From NCBI GenBank assembly GCA_022841645.1, contig JALHRC010000003.1, forward strand, positions 6,553-70,552: DNA of 64,000 bases. Direction: 5' to 3'. This stretch comes from Minisyncoccota bacterium. Its GTDB lineage: Bacteria > Patescibacteriota > Minisyncoccia > Phycocordibacterales > UBA918. The translations under genes and the position numbers were made by a program. Shown here piece by piece: positions 30,031-39,519 of this stretch. The notes under the pieces are model-generated. The model was not told the origin of the DNA. It did not search any database and saw only the letters and a list, made by a program, of their open reading frames with translations. Numbering within the stretch: position 1 is the first letter of the stretch; every line of letters begins with the position of its first letter.

Positions 30031-30184
30031 GCTATGCTCCTCAAGTGGGGTCAAGTTTCTAATTCGCTACGCTTATAAGAACTTGCTCCCCTGGCTCGCC
30101 TGTTTTCTGCTGTAGGGACGGAGCAGAAAACATGGCTCCGCCTCGCACTCGAGCCCGCACGCAAAACTGTTTGCGTGCTATACC
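30031..30184 (-). mobile_element. tRNA-end-associated structured mini-element (inner, at tRNA-Val)
   Basis: Core homologous to 51047-51145; inverted copy of the tRNA 3' flank split by a 25-nt hairpin; mobility is inferred. Confidence 0.65.
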
Positions 30185-30223
30185 AAAAAACAATACCCAC
30201 TAGGGGGTATTGTTTTTTGGTAT
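30180..30223 (-). terminator. Terminator hairpin after tRNA-Val
   Basis: ATACCAAAAAACAATACCC...GGGTATTGTTTTTTGGTAT. Confidence 0.7.
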
Positions 30224-30230
30224 GCTCAAG

Positions 30231-30303
30231 TGCGCGGTGCAGGACTTGAACCTACGACCCCCACAATGTCAATGTGGTGCTCTACCAGCTGAGCTAACCG
30301 CGC
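30231..30303 (-). tRNA. tRNA-Val(GAC)
   Basis: GCGCGGT...CCACA-TTGACAT-TGTGG...GTAGG-TTCAAGT-CCTGC-ACCGCGCA. Confidence 0.95.
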
Positions 30304-30545
30304 GTGAGTCGAAAGATGGTACCACGCGCCACAAAAATGTGAAATGCAGGTTTTGCTCGGGGGGCTTTTTTGAAGGTAAACCGCTGTTTTTTGGTGGCGG
30401 CGTAACCGTTCCGGGCTAAATGAGAATTAGTGAATTGTTCCAAAATTGCACCGGGTACTCTAGCGGGGAGGTGGTTTGTAGCCACGAGTAGGCAACTTTC
30501 ATGGCTTCAAATAAGTCTTATTTACAAACTGTGCATGAGAGCTAA

Positions 30546-31632
30546 TGCACAAGTTCACAAACATTTGAGACTCCTTAGCAATAAGGAAACCATGAGAATA
30601 CGGAGCACGTTGAGAGGAGTGAAGGGGTTTGTGGTGGCGTGGGAGCGTCTGGTACGGTTCCGCTATATGATTAGCGACAAAGCCAAGGAACGGTGCCGGA
30701 TCCTCGCCTTCTGGGAACGACATGGTCTTGACGCCACGAGAGAAGCCTTCGGTGTCTCGCGGGCCACACTCTTCCGCTGGCAACAAGCGCTCCAAAAGAG
30801 ACAAGGGAAACTAGAAGGACTGAATGCCAAGAGCACGGCTCCGAGGCGAAGGCGACAGCGCACCATTCCTGACGCGGTCCGGAACCTCATCTTGAGCGAA
30901 CGCCTCATGGATCCTCGCCTCGGCAAAGACAAGCTGGCTCAGTTAATCAAAGACGACGGCCTCGGCACGTATAGTGCCTCGACCGTGGGGCGGATGCTTA
31001 AGGATCTGCAGCGACAGGGGGTACTCCCTGATCCACGACCGCTGTCCTTTCATGGGAAGACCGGCAGACACCACGAGAAGCACCAGTCATACAAGCCCAA
31101 GCAGCGCAGCACGCACCACGAAGGTGCCCTGGCGAAAGCCGATACGGTGGTGCGGTTTATCGATGGTCTAAAACGATACATCGTCACCGGTATCGATACT
31201 GAGACCAAGTTCGCGTTTGCCTATGCCTATCCGAGCCACTCGTCAGCGGCCGCCGCCGACTTCATGCGTCTCTTTAAAGCGGTGGCACCCGTCTCCATCA
31301 CCCACGTGCAGACTGACAACGGTTCGGAGTTCGCCTGTCACTTCGAAGCCACCTTGGGTGCATATGGGATAACTCACTTCCATACGTACCCGCGCTCTCC
31401 TAAACAGAATGCCGAGATCGAACGCTTTAACCGCACCCTCTGGGAAGCCTTTGCTCGGTACCGCAAGACCACCCTGGCTCATGACCTCTCGGCCTTTAAT
31501 CGAGAGCTGATGGAGTGGCTCCTCTGGTACAACACGAGGCGACCCCACCAGACGCTTGGCCAAGTATCACCGCTAGGGTACATTGTGTCGACGTTATCAG
31601 AGGTGGAGTCTCAAAGGTGCTGGACGAGTACA
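30546..31632 (+). mobile_element. IS481-family insertion sequence (1087 bp)
   Basis: Imperfect terminal IRs sharing TTTGAGACTCC (30546-30574 / 31605-31632); flanks AGCTAA / AGCTAT. Confidence 0.75.
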
Positions 31633-31641
31633 AGCTATTGA
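30592..31641 (+). CDS. DDE transposase with integrase core (IS481-like)
   Basis: HTH (GVSRATLFRW), ADTVV, QTDNGSEF, KQNAEIERFNRT, YNTRRPHQTL. Confidence 0.9.
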   Translation: MRIRSTLRGVKGFVVAWERLVRFRYMISDKAKERCRILAFWERHGLDATREAFGVSRATLFRWQQALQKRQGKLEGLNAKSTAPRRRRQRTIPDAVRNLILSERLMDPRLGKDKLAQLIKDDGLGTYSASTVGRMLKDLQRQGVLPDPRPLSFHGKTGRHHEKHQSYKPKQRSTHHEGALAKADTVVRFIDGLKRYIVTGIDTETKFAFAYAYPSHSSAAAADFMRLFKAVAPVSITHVQTDNGSEFACHFEATLGAYGITHFHTYPRSPKQNAEIERFNRTLWEAFARYRKTTLAHDLSAFNRELMEWLLWYNTRRPHQTLGQVSPLGYIVSTLSEVESQRCWTSTSY

Positions 31642-31716
31642 CAAAACAAGCAAAAGGTGCATTATTGAAGATGGACTACAACGCAACAGCTGCAAAACCC
31701 AAGGAGGATCGCAGCC

Positions 31717-32214
31717 ATGTCCTTTTTCACCACCCGCCGCCTGCTCGTCATCGCCGCGCTCGGCTTCGTCGTCGCCTGTGGGCCCGACAACCGCCCGCAG
31801 CCCGTCGCTTCGGCGCAGTCCGGCGCCCAGCCGGCCTTCGCGGTCATGCCGTCCACGGCCACGCCGCCGGCGCCCACCCAGGTCGCCATGCCGCTGACGG
31901 CCTCGGCCATCTCCGGCCGGTGGAGTCGCTCTGCGCAGTTCCTGGAGCGGAATCCGCAGATCGCCGATGCTCGTGTCGACTTCCAGGACGGTGTCATGAC
32001 CATCTATGATGCCCAAGGTGCTGTGCGCAATCGTGCTACCAGGGTCTCCGGCCAGTTCAATACCTATACGGAGTTCAGTGCCCAGACCATGACCCGGATC
32101 ACCTGGAGGTGCGATACCGTCTCCGAGGGCGCCGCGATTGCCTGCAATGCCGAGGCACTGTACCTCAACACCGGGAATACCAATCGTTGGACGTCCCGCT
32201 ACAGCAGAATCTGA
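31717..32214 (+). CDS. Predicted lipoprotein, hypothetical
   Basis: SD GGAGGA, lipobox VVAC, Pro/Ala linker; TTGACA upstream. Confidence 0.7.
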   Translation: MSFFTTRRLLVIAALGFVVACGPDNRPQPVASAQSGAQPAFAVMPSTATPPAPTQVAMPLTASAISGRWSRSAQFLERNPQIADARVDFQDGVMTIYDAQGAVRNRATRVSGQFNTYTEFSAQTMTRITWRCDTVSEGAAIACNAEALYLNTGNTNRWTSRYSRI

Positions 32215-32220
32215 GTCCAC

Positions 32221-32258
32221 AGGCCCTCTCCGCAGAAAACTTTCTGCGGAGAGGGCCT
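32221..32258 (+). terminator. Hairpin after the lipoprotein gene
   Basis: AGGCCCTCTCCGCAGAAA-ac-TTTCTGCGGAGAGGGCCT. Confidence 0.65.
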
Positions 32259-32351
32259 ACTAAAATTGGTGTACAATAAATAAGTTGCGTTTATGCGCCG
32301 GTAACATGACCGGCGCTTTTCCTTAGGTATAATTAGTCTACAATACTAGCC

Positions 32352-34310
32352 ATGTCCTACTCAGTCGTTGTACCTACTTACTGTCGTCCGGCGAAACTCA
32401 ATCAGTGTCTATGCACTTTGCTTGAACAATCTATCTTACCGGGGGAGGTTCTAGTTGTTGATGATGATTCCCCTGGGCAGGCCACACATCAAGTGTGTCT
32501 AGATTTGGATAATCTATTTCAGCAAAAAAATATCAACCTTAGGTACCTAAAACACAGTAAAAATCGCGGTCCTGCTGCGGCACGGAATACTGGGTTGCGA
32601 AGTGCCGTGTTTGAAACTGTCTTCTTTACAGATGATGACTGCATCTTGCCAACTGAGTGGGCTAGTAATCATATACGAACACATGAATGTCATGTCGACG
32701 CCGCTGCGGTCCATGGGTGGTACACTCCAAAGGCAGGTAAGAATATATATGACGAATACGAAGAGGTTTCTTTAAATCTTTTGCTTCCAGATTTTTTTAC
32801 GTCAGAAATATACGGAGACAGTCCCTTGGTCCCTCTTGCTAATACAGCAAATCTCTCAGTCAAAAAGAGTATTTTAGAGAAAGCCCAGGTATATTTTGAT
32901 GAAAGTATTGTTTTTACCGGTAATGAAGATTTTGAATTCTCCTTGAGTATAAATCAAAAAGGACTTAGTCGTGTCCATATCCCATTTTGTGTTATTCATG
33001 ACAGGGTGTGGGATCTCAGGAGCTACATCAAAGCTGGTGTTTTGCGAGGAAGAGGTCATGACTATTGCGTTCAGAAGTATTTTTTTGGAAGAGGACGAAA
33101 GAGTCTTTTTGCTTTTGTGTCAGTAGCATTGTTTAAGTCGTTTGAGTATGGTTCAAGAAGGTTGCATTTGGTTTTTCTTCTTACGTACTTAAGTCACTGG
33201 TTGGGCAAGACAGTCAACGTTGTAGCGAATTTCAAGCCGCCCCAACCGCTCACATTTGGTATAAGGGTTTCAAGCATGGCTTGGAAAAAAGAAGGTTTAA
33301 TTATCAGGAAACACGAGTGGCATCCCTTTTATGCGGCACATCGATACTCTAATAGGCCACCAAGCACAGGTAATACTTTTTGCTCAGTTATAGTGCCCAC
33401 TTATGATCGTTCGAGTTTATTAAAACTTCAACTTCCATATATTTTAAATCAGAGTATCAGCGCTGAACGTTATGAAATTATTATTGTTGATGACGGGTCA
33501 ACCGATGATACTGAAGAGGTTGTTTCGGATCTTGTTAAACGCAACCCAACTCATACTATTAGGTACATCTATCAAAAAAACCACGGTGCAGCAGCTGCTC
33601 GTAATGCTGGAGCAAAAATAAGTAAGGGCGACCTATTAATTTTTATTGATAGTGATGTGGTTCCTGACCGGCACTGGATTAGTGACCATGTATATGCACA
33701 TAGCTTATTTCCAGAAATATCAGCCGCCGGTGGAGGTCAAATTGTTGAAGCAGAAAACGCGACCATTTTTGACAAGCACAGAAATTCACTTTTTTGTAAT
33801 CAGTTTGCAAAAAGGTACCCTTATTCAACTCTAATTACTAACAATACCTTTCAGCGAGTTCATGCTTTTGACACAGGGAATTTGTCTATTAAAAAAAACG
33901 CCCTTGAATCCCTGGGCGGCTTTGATGAAGATCTATTAAGGCATCAAGATATGGAATTTGGTTTTAGACTACAGAACAGCGGTCGACTGGTTGCTTTGTT
34001 ACCAATTACGGTAAAATCGATAAGATCGACCACTTTCAGGGATTTTATAGATCTTGTCAGAAAACAGGCAATTTCGTACCCAATCCTTTTTCAAAAAATA
34101 AAGCCCTTACCGAAAGAATCATTGAGAATAAAAAACTCAATAGAGAACTACGGCATTTTAATGGCTTTGTTAAATTTTTTATTCAACATTAGCACCTTTG
34201 GCAGGGTTTATTTAATAGAGTGGTTTGTTTTAAAAAAGTACTACAAAACAGTACAGAGTCGTGAAGGCTCAAATTCAAATAATCACGATAGTTCGTTGTC
34301 CTCCGTTTAA
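32352..34310 (+). CDS. Tandem two-domain GT2 glycosyltransferase
   Basis: Two copies of SVxVPTY..R, VDDxS, GxAAARNxG, FxDxD. Confidence 0.9.
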   Translation: MSYSVVVPTYCRPAKLNQCLCTLLEQSILPGEVLVVDDDSPGQATHQVCLDLDNLFQQKNINLRYLKHSKNRGPAAARNTGLRSAVFETVFFTDDDCILPTEWASNHIRTHECHVDAAAVHGWYTPKAGKNIYDEYEEVSLNLLLPDFFTSEIYGDSPLVPLANTANLSVKKSILEKAQVYFDESIVFTGNEDFEFSLSINQKGLSRVHIPFCVIHDRVWDLRSYIKAGVLRGRGHDYCVQKYFFGRGRKSLFAFVSVALFKSFEYGSRRLHLVFLLTYLSHWLGKTVNVVANFKPPQPLTFGIRVSSMAWKKEGLIIRKHEWHPFYAAHRYSNRPPSTGNTFCSVIVPTYDRSSLLKLQLPYILNQSISAERYEIIIVDDGSTDDTEEVVSDLVKRNPTHTIRYIYQKNHGAAAARNAGAKISKGDLLIFIDSDVVPDRHWISDHVYAHSLFPEISAAGGGQIVEAENATIFDKHRNSLFCNQFAKRYPYSTLITNNTFQRVHAFDTGNLSIKKNALESLGGFDEDLLRHQDMEFGFRLQNSGRLVALLPITVKSIRSTTFRDFIDLVRKQAISYPILFQKIKPLPKESLRIKNSIENYGILMALLNFLFNISTFGRVYLIEWFVLKKYYKTVQSREGSNSNNHDSSLSSV

Positions 34311-34324
34311 AAGCAACTCAATAT

Positions 34325-35851
34325 ATGGAATTAGACTCAGGGATATCAGATTTTACCACTCATGGTTCTGCAGAAAGACGTTTAATGTCTGAGGTTATTA
34401 AAGACTGCATATCTCACCCATTTACTCCGTTTAAGCCACTGCCAAGGAGCATTAAAGCCCTGGTTCTTTTTTGTTTATCCTGCGTTTGGTTTGTAGAGCT
34501 GCTTGGCAGGCGTAGATTCTTTACTGAAAGTAGTTTGGGCAATTTTTCAAATATTGATTCAAGAGTTCGGCGTGTTCTGGGTGAATTAGTCACACAGAAA
34601 GTGATTAAAATGTGGTACGTTTTTGCTACAAAATTATCGGGTGGGTCATCGGTGGTACAAGCGCTTATACAAATTGCTCCATACCAGGCTCCGAACGGCC
34701 TAATTTTTCCTTGGCCTGGTGGTTTAGCCTCTGGTGTAAGTATGAATCTGCACGACGCCATGTGCATAGCACTTGCCGAAACCGTCGAGCGCCACGCCTT
34801 GTACGCTTGGTCGTCAGAACGTAAATTTGAAGCTAGCTATAGAGAAGTTTTTAAAAAAGCTCTTCCGCTGCATGAGTTCAAACCTTACTCAGAGACACAA
34901 CTGTCAACACCGGATTTTTGGAACTGGTCTCTTAGGAATACTGATCAAAAGATGCTCTGGATGTGGTCAAATGAGTTTGTTTCTGGACTCCCCGTGTTAC
35001 TCCCCGCTCAACTCGTCTATTGTAACTATAACCAGGTTCGTCCCGACGAACAGCAGCTTTTAGAGGTTACTTCTAATGGCGTTGCAGCATCAACAAACCT
35101 TAAACTGGCGAGGCATAAAGCAATTTTGGAGGCAATTGAAAGGGACGCCTTTTTACTACATTGGCTTAACGAGACTCCACCCACATGCCTAGATATAGGT
35201 TCTATTGATGACGTTGAGATCCTGGGTCTGCTAGAAATTGTTAAAAAACATGACTACGAAATCACAATTCTCGATTTCCCCAATGATATACAGATACCCG
35301 TCATGGGAGCGCTCATGTTTGGTCCTTCTGGAAAAAGAGCCGTTACCATACAATTGGCTGCTGGCTTTGATGTAAGAGAAACCCTAAGGAAGGTAATTTT
35401 AGATTGCACTCGCTCGCTCCGCGTAGCTAATAGTGAAGTTTCGAAAAGCTTTTCCTACCAAGACATTATTAATAATCCCCAGTTAATTACAAATATAAAC
35501 AGCCGTCGCGAATTATGGCAACATCCAGAAATGATCCCCCATGTAAGTTTCTTAAAGAAAGGACAGGTCATTGGATGGCAGCAATATAAACATAACTATA
35601 GTCTACATTGCAGCATGTCTTTAAATGGTAAGGAGGAATGGGTGCGGACGCGTTTGCGATCACTAGGATATCAATGTTATGTAGCAAATATCACATCCAT
35701 CACAGCAAGACGTTATGGTCTGCATGTTACAAGAGCCTTTTTACCACAGCTCATACCAATGTATTTTGATGAGAAACGCGTCCCGCTCGGCATAATTAGA
35801 TTGAACAAAATGAGAGGCGGATTAAACACTGTTCCACACCCCTTCTTATAA
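34325..35851 (+). CDS. YcaO family ATP-dependent backbone-modifying enzyme
   Basis: Motifs ALAETVERH and TSNGVAA..AILEAIERDA; C-terminal VPHPFL (PxP). Confidence 0.9.
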   Translation: MELDSGISDFTTHGSAERRLMSEVIKDCISHPFTPFKPLPRSIKALVLFCLSCVWFVELLGRRRFFTESSLGNFSNIDSRVRRVLGELVTQKVIKMWYVFATKLSGGSSVVQALIQIAPYQAPNGLIFPWPGGLASGVSMNLHDAMCIALAETVERHALYAWSSERKFEASYREVFKKALPLHEFKPYSETQLSTPDFWNWSLRNTDQKMLWMWSNEFVSGLPVLLPAQLVYCNYNQVRPDEQQLLEVTSNGVAASTNLKLARHKAILEAIERDAFLLHWLNETPPTCLDIGSIDDVEILGLLEIVKKHDYEITILDFPNDIQIPVMGALMFGPSGKRAVTIQLAAGFDVRETLRKVILDCTRSLRVANSEVSKSFSYQDIINNPQLITNINSRRELWQHPEMIPHVSFLKKGQVIGWQQYKHNYSLHCSMSLNGKEEWVRTRLRSLGYQCYVANITSITARRYGLHVTRAFLPQLIPMYFDEKRVPLGIIRLNKMRGGLNTVPHPFL

Positions 35852-35970
35852 ATTAAATCATTATTTTTTTGAATTTTACCTTTGCTTTATGAGAAAGGTG
35901 CAAGTAAAGTAGTGACCGTATGGTGTGCATAGACAGATTGCCTGCTTCTTGATCTGCTATAATAAATCCT

Positions 35971-37524
35971 ATGAGTTTTTCGTGGAAAACTAGCCTGGTC
36001 AAACTTTCTGAGAATCGCCCTCTCTGGCTTGTTGGGATGATGGTGCTGGTGTGGTTTGTTTTTGAGCCTGACTTCTTGGAGACAATATTTCAGTTTTTTG
36101 TAGTATTGTCGCAGGCTGCCGATGGTACGCCGTCAGGACAAGATTGCTCGTGCTGTGGAAATGCCCAAAATGGAGGGGAAAACTTCAACACATCAACACC
36201 TTTCTTGTGTGTTTATAAAAATGGTTCCTATGAAATTGACAATGATCTGATGTATGGCAAGAAGACAACTTTTTTTTCCAACTTTGAATTAGGAAGGCGT
36301 GTTTATGAAGAAGGAAGTCTCGTCCCTGAAATTTACAAAATCTCGACAAATCCTGATTTGATAGATGGAAAAATCAAACTACAGCTTATTGAGCTAGAAC
36401 CCGAGGATTCGTACATTGATACGGTTAAGTTATCAAAAATCATTTATCCTGCTACTGCTGAGTTGGTTGTTGATGCGTCTTTTAGCGGTATGTACGCGGT
36501 AAAACGTGACGACATTATTAACCGGGTGGGAGTTTCCGGGGTCAGCCTCACTCCGCAGTTTTTGGGCAATCGGCGATCAACTTCTCCTGAAATTAGTATT
36601 GAAAGATTATCTTCTGAACAACAATTCAATTCTCTTTGCCAAAAGAATCAGCCTGGCATACGCTTCGAAGACGGTGATGTCCTAGAAGTCACCGCTAAAG
36701 TTGAATCGCTTGAGGCCGATAAACTCCTTTTGTTTGTCGGGGCAAACTATCGAGACTGGCTGCTTTCTTCGGATGCGACACCGCGTACAGCACGGAAGAT
36801 CTTGAAGCGAACAGCTCTACTTAGTCCATTTTGGTCTAGTGCTGCTCGCGTTGCAATCATGATATTCATGCTTTTCCCGGTCTGGGTTGTTAGCTCGCTG
36901 CTGTCCACAAGCCGTCAGACAGCAAATGATGGTAGTGAAATGGACTTTATGCGAGCCTTTGGCATCCCCGCAACTAGTGCTGACGTTCCTTCTCGAACAC
37001 CGAAGTGTTTCAATGTGGAATATTGGGACGGTTCACATTTTGTGCCAATAACTTTTATTCAGCCACGATACTGTCACAGCACACTCGAGGCTGTGTCCGT
37101 ACCATGGGAAGCGGTGGACGGACAGGGTCTTCTTAAATTGAGACTAATCGCAACCAATACACACAATCTCTCTTATATCTCACTGGCCGCACCTTCGTCG
37201 TTGATGTTGTATAAATCAGCTGATCTCTCGCTCAGTTCGGCCCACTGCAATCGTGCTGGTGGTGACTCTACCGACGTACTCAGCTCGGAAAAAAATGCTT
37301 CATACGTTCATGTTATTCCTGCCGACACAATTGAGCTCGAGTTTACAGAACCAGGCAATTTTATTGCCAAAGAAGGCGAAAAGGAGTCCTACGTGATTAG
37401 TGTCCGCGGCTTTTACACTAGCCTTTCTGAGGAAAGTAAAGTAATTGCTGGAGACTGGGAATCAAGATTAAGTGAAGAGTCGGCTAACTGGCTGCAAGAA
37501 ATGGTTGCCATGGGACGACGCTAA
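35971..37524 (+). CDS. Hypothetical membrane-associated protein with Cys-rich N-terminal segment
   Basis: TM, then QAADGTPSGQDCSCCG and TPFLCVYKNGSYEIDND; second internal TM; TGcTATAAT 7 nt upstream of ATG. Confidence 0.7.
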   Translation: MSFSWKTSLVKLSENRPLWLVGMMVLVWFVFEPDFLETIFQFFVVLSQAADGTPSGQDCSCCGNAQNGGENFNTSTPFLCVYKNGSYEIDNDLMYGKKTTFFSNFELGRRVYEEGSLVPEIYKISTNPDLIDGKIKLQLIELEPEDSYIDTVKLSKIIYPATAELVVDASFSGMYAVKRDDIINRVGVSGVSLTPQFLGNRRSTSPEISIERLSSEQQFNSLCQKNQPGIRFEDGDVLEVTAKVESLEADKLLLFVGANYRDWLLSSDATPRTARKILKRTALLSPFWSSAARVAIMIFMLFPVWVVSSLLSTSRQTANDGSEMDFMRAFGIPATSADVPSRTPKCFNVEYWDGSHFVPITFIQPRYCHSTLEAVSVPWEAVDGQGLLKLRLIATNTHNLSYISLAAPSSLMLYKSADLSLSSAHCNRAGGDSTDVLSSEKNASYVHVIPADTIELEFTEPGNFIAKEGEKESYVISVRGFYTSLSEESKVIAGDWESRLSEESANWLQEMVAMGRR

Positions 37525-37555
37525 TTTTTGAGCTAGTAATCTGAGCTAGTAATCT

Positions 37556-38668
37556 ATGAATAAAAAATTCATTCTAGGCGTCGTCGTAGCAGGTATTTTT
37601 CTGATAGGCATAATTTTTACAGTCTTCCTTTTTAACTCAAGTACTGAGCCTGCCGTAGAGCCTGGAAACGATTACACTACGGTGCCTGCCGTGACAGAGT
37701 CAGTACCAAAAGGAAAAATCTACCTGTCTCTTCGTACCCTGGGGACCAATCGGGTGGATTTATTCGCTTACGACTTCGAGAAGAAATCAATTGATCCGGT
37801 GCTGTCAACTGAGCCTGAAAAAATTCGCCATACAGGCGTTTTTAATGCTGAGGGCTCTCGCTTCGCCTACTTTGAGCTTTCGGAGTATAAGGAAGTCTAT
37901 GATTTTGGAACCTCTGGAGAAGACAATGAAATCCCTTGGAACCTTAAGGTCCGTGACTTTTCAAAGAAAAAAGCAACAACAGTATTCGATGTTATCTACA
38001 CTCTGAACACCCCTAGGTCACCGACATGGTCGCCTGATGGAACAAAGATTGCTTTTTCCTGGTGGTTAACTCAATCTGACATGGATGAGAAGTTCCGTGA
38101 TCTAAATAACTGGAGAATAAGCTGGCTTGAGCTTAACGACAAGTCTCAGTATAAAAATACAATTTCGCCATACTTCATTGGGACATCGCCTTTTTGGTCG
38201 CCCGATGGTAGCAGTATCATTTTTCAGAAGGCTGACGGCATATATCAAAAGTCGGTTGACACTCTTGAGGAGCAGCTTGTCCTCCCGCATCCGACAGGCA
38301 GTAGTACCAATCTTTTTTCTAAAATTGGTCTTTCGCCAGACAAGTCACTCTTTGCTTGGACATTTGTAGATTTTATTGAACATAATGCAGCTTCACTCGT
38401 TCTCTATCGGGTTGATTCATGGAGTCCATTCTCCGCACGCGCCGCTATTCGTCTTGAGGCCACTAACCCAGGATATCGTTATTACTGGCCGGTCTTTTCG
38501 CCAGATAACAAATACGTTACTGTACAGCGTATTATCCGTGACGCAGATAATAAGGCAGTGAGTTCTTCATTATGGGTATATGACGTTGAAACCGGAGAAA
38601 AGCAAGAAATTATTGACTTAATGGCCTACGACCCCGATGCCTTATTCATTTCTGATTGGAGATGGTAG
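37556..38668 (+). CDS. Membrane-anchored TolB/PD40-like beta-propeller
   Basis: Repeats PTWSPDG, PFWSPDG, LSPDK, PVFSPDN. Confidence 0.8.
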   Translation: MNKKFILGVVVAGIFLIGIIFTVFLFNSSTEPAVEPGNDYTTVPAVTESVPKGKIYLSLRTLGTNRVDLFAYDFEKKSIDPVLSTEPEKIRHTGVFNAEGSRFAYFELSEYKEVYDFGTSGEDNEIPWNLKVRDFSKKKATTVFDVIYTLNTPRSPTWSPDGTKIAFSWWLTQSDMDEKFRDLNNWRISWLELNDKSQYKNTISPYFIGTSPFWSPDGSSIIFQKADGIYQKSVDTLEEQLVLPHPTGSSTNLFSKIGLSPDKSLFAWTFVDFIEHNAASLVLYRVDSWSPFSARAAIRLEATNPGYRYYWPVFSPDNKYVTVQRIIRDADNKAVSSSLWVYDVETGEKQEIIDLMAYDPDALFISDWRW

Positions 38669-38680
38669 TTGCTTTCTTAG

Positions 38681-39478
38681 ATGAGTACACCCATTAGAGG
38701 CGGTTATTCTTTACTACTAGGCGGCACACTTCTTATGCTGTTTCTAGCCGCCTCTGGAAGTTTTTTCCATTTCGAAAACACAGCGCAGCTCTCGTTGTTG
38801 TACAGGGAAGACAAGCTGGGTCTTGCGAGCATATTTTTCTCCCGCGGGAATTATTACTTTGGGAAACAACCAGAGACCTATGACATCGAAAAAGCGGAGT
38901 GGAATTTCAAAACTGCCCTGCGTTTTGAAAATGTCCACAACGCACCCATTCATTATCAGTTAGGACGGGTGGCGTTTATCAAAGGTGACCTGCGTTTAGC
39001 TCTGGTGCACTTTAATGCACAACTCGAGGCCGATCCGACCTTTAACCGCAGCTACTACATGCGCGGCCTCACCTACGGTTATCTTAATAATTTTGCCAAG
39101 GCCGAAGAGGACTTTGCCGCCTACCTCGAGCGGGTCCCCGAGAGCTGGGCCGCGCACAACGACATCGTGTGGGTATATTTCCGTTCCGGACAATTCGCCA
39201 AAGCTGAAGAGTACGCCCGCAAAGGTCTAGCGGTCGCACCCGACAACGCCTGGCTTTCCAATGCCTTAGGAGGAATTTTGGTGAGTACTGGACGATACGA
39301 TGAAGCAGAGCCCTATTTACGTACTGCCCGTGAAGAATTTGAACTCATTGGTCCTGAAGGGTGGGGAAGGGCCTACCCAGGTAATGATCCTGCCATCTAC
39401 GAAATGGGATTTGAGGCCTCTCTAGCATCGGTTGACCACAATCTGTCCCTAGTAGCCAAAGCACAAAGTCGTGAATAA
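38681..39478 (+). CDS. Membrane-anchored TPR protein
   Basis: TPR repeats (HYQLGRV, YYMRGL, AHNDIV, SNALGG). Confidence 0.8.
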   Translation: MSTPIRGGYSLLLGGTLLMLFLAASGSFFHFENTAQLSLLYREDKLGLASIFFSRGNYYFGKQPETYDIEKAEWNFKTALRFENVHNAPIHYQLGRVAFIKGDLRLALVHFNAQLEADPTFNRSYYMRGLTYGYLNNFAKAEEDFAAYLERVPESWAAHNDIVWVYFRSGQFAKAEEYARKGLAVAPDNAWLSNALGGILVSTGRYDEAEPYLRTAREEFELIGPEGWGRAYPGNDPAIYEMGFEASLASVDHNLSLVAKAQSRE

Positions 39479-39519
39479 CTCCCGTTTTGTCATTTTGAGA
39501 GGAGTATTATTACCATAAA

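Noticed and set aside
29852-30249. Classical prophage or ICE attL/attR pair at tRNA-Val
   Set aside because: The duplicated tRNA end encloses under 400 bp with no integrase. The accessory region lies on the 5' side of tRNA-Val and is not bracketed by these repeats.
29683-30485. Short ORFs around tRNA-Val
   Set aside because: They overlap the tRNA and the structured elements; no coding signal.
30430-30591. N-terminal extension of the transposase in the ORF track
   Set aside because: It starts outside the left inverted repeat; ATG 30592 inside the element is more plausible.
35852-35970. Short RiPP precursor ORF after YcaO
   Set aside because: Only trivially short ORFs without a Cys/Ser/Thr-rich core; the region holds the next gene's promoter.
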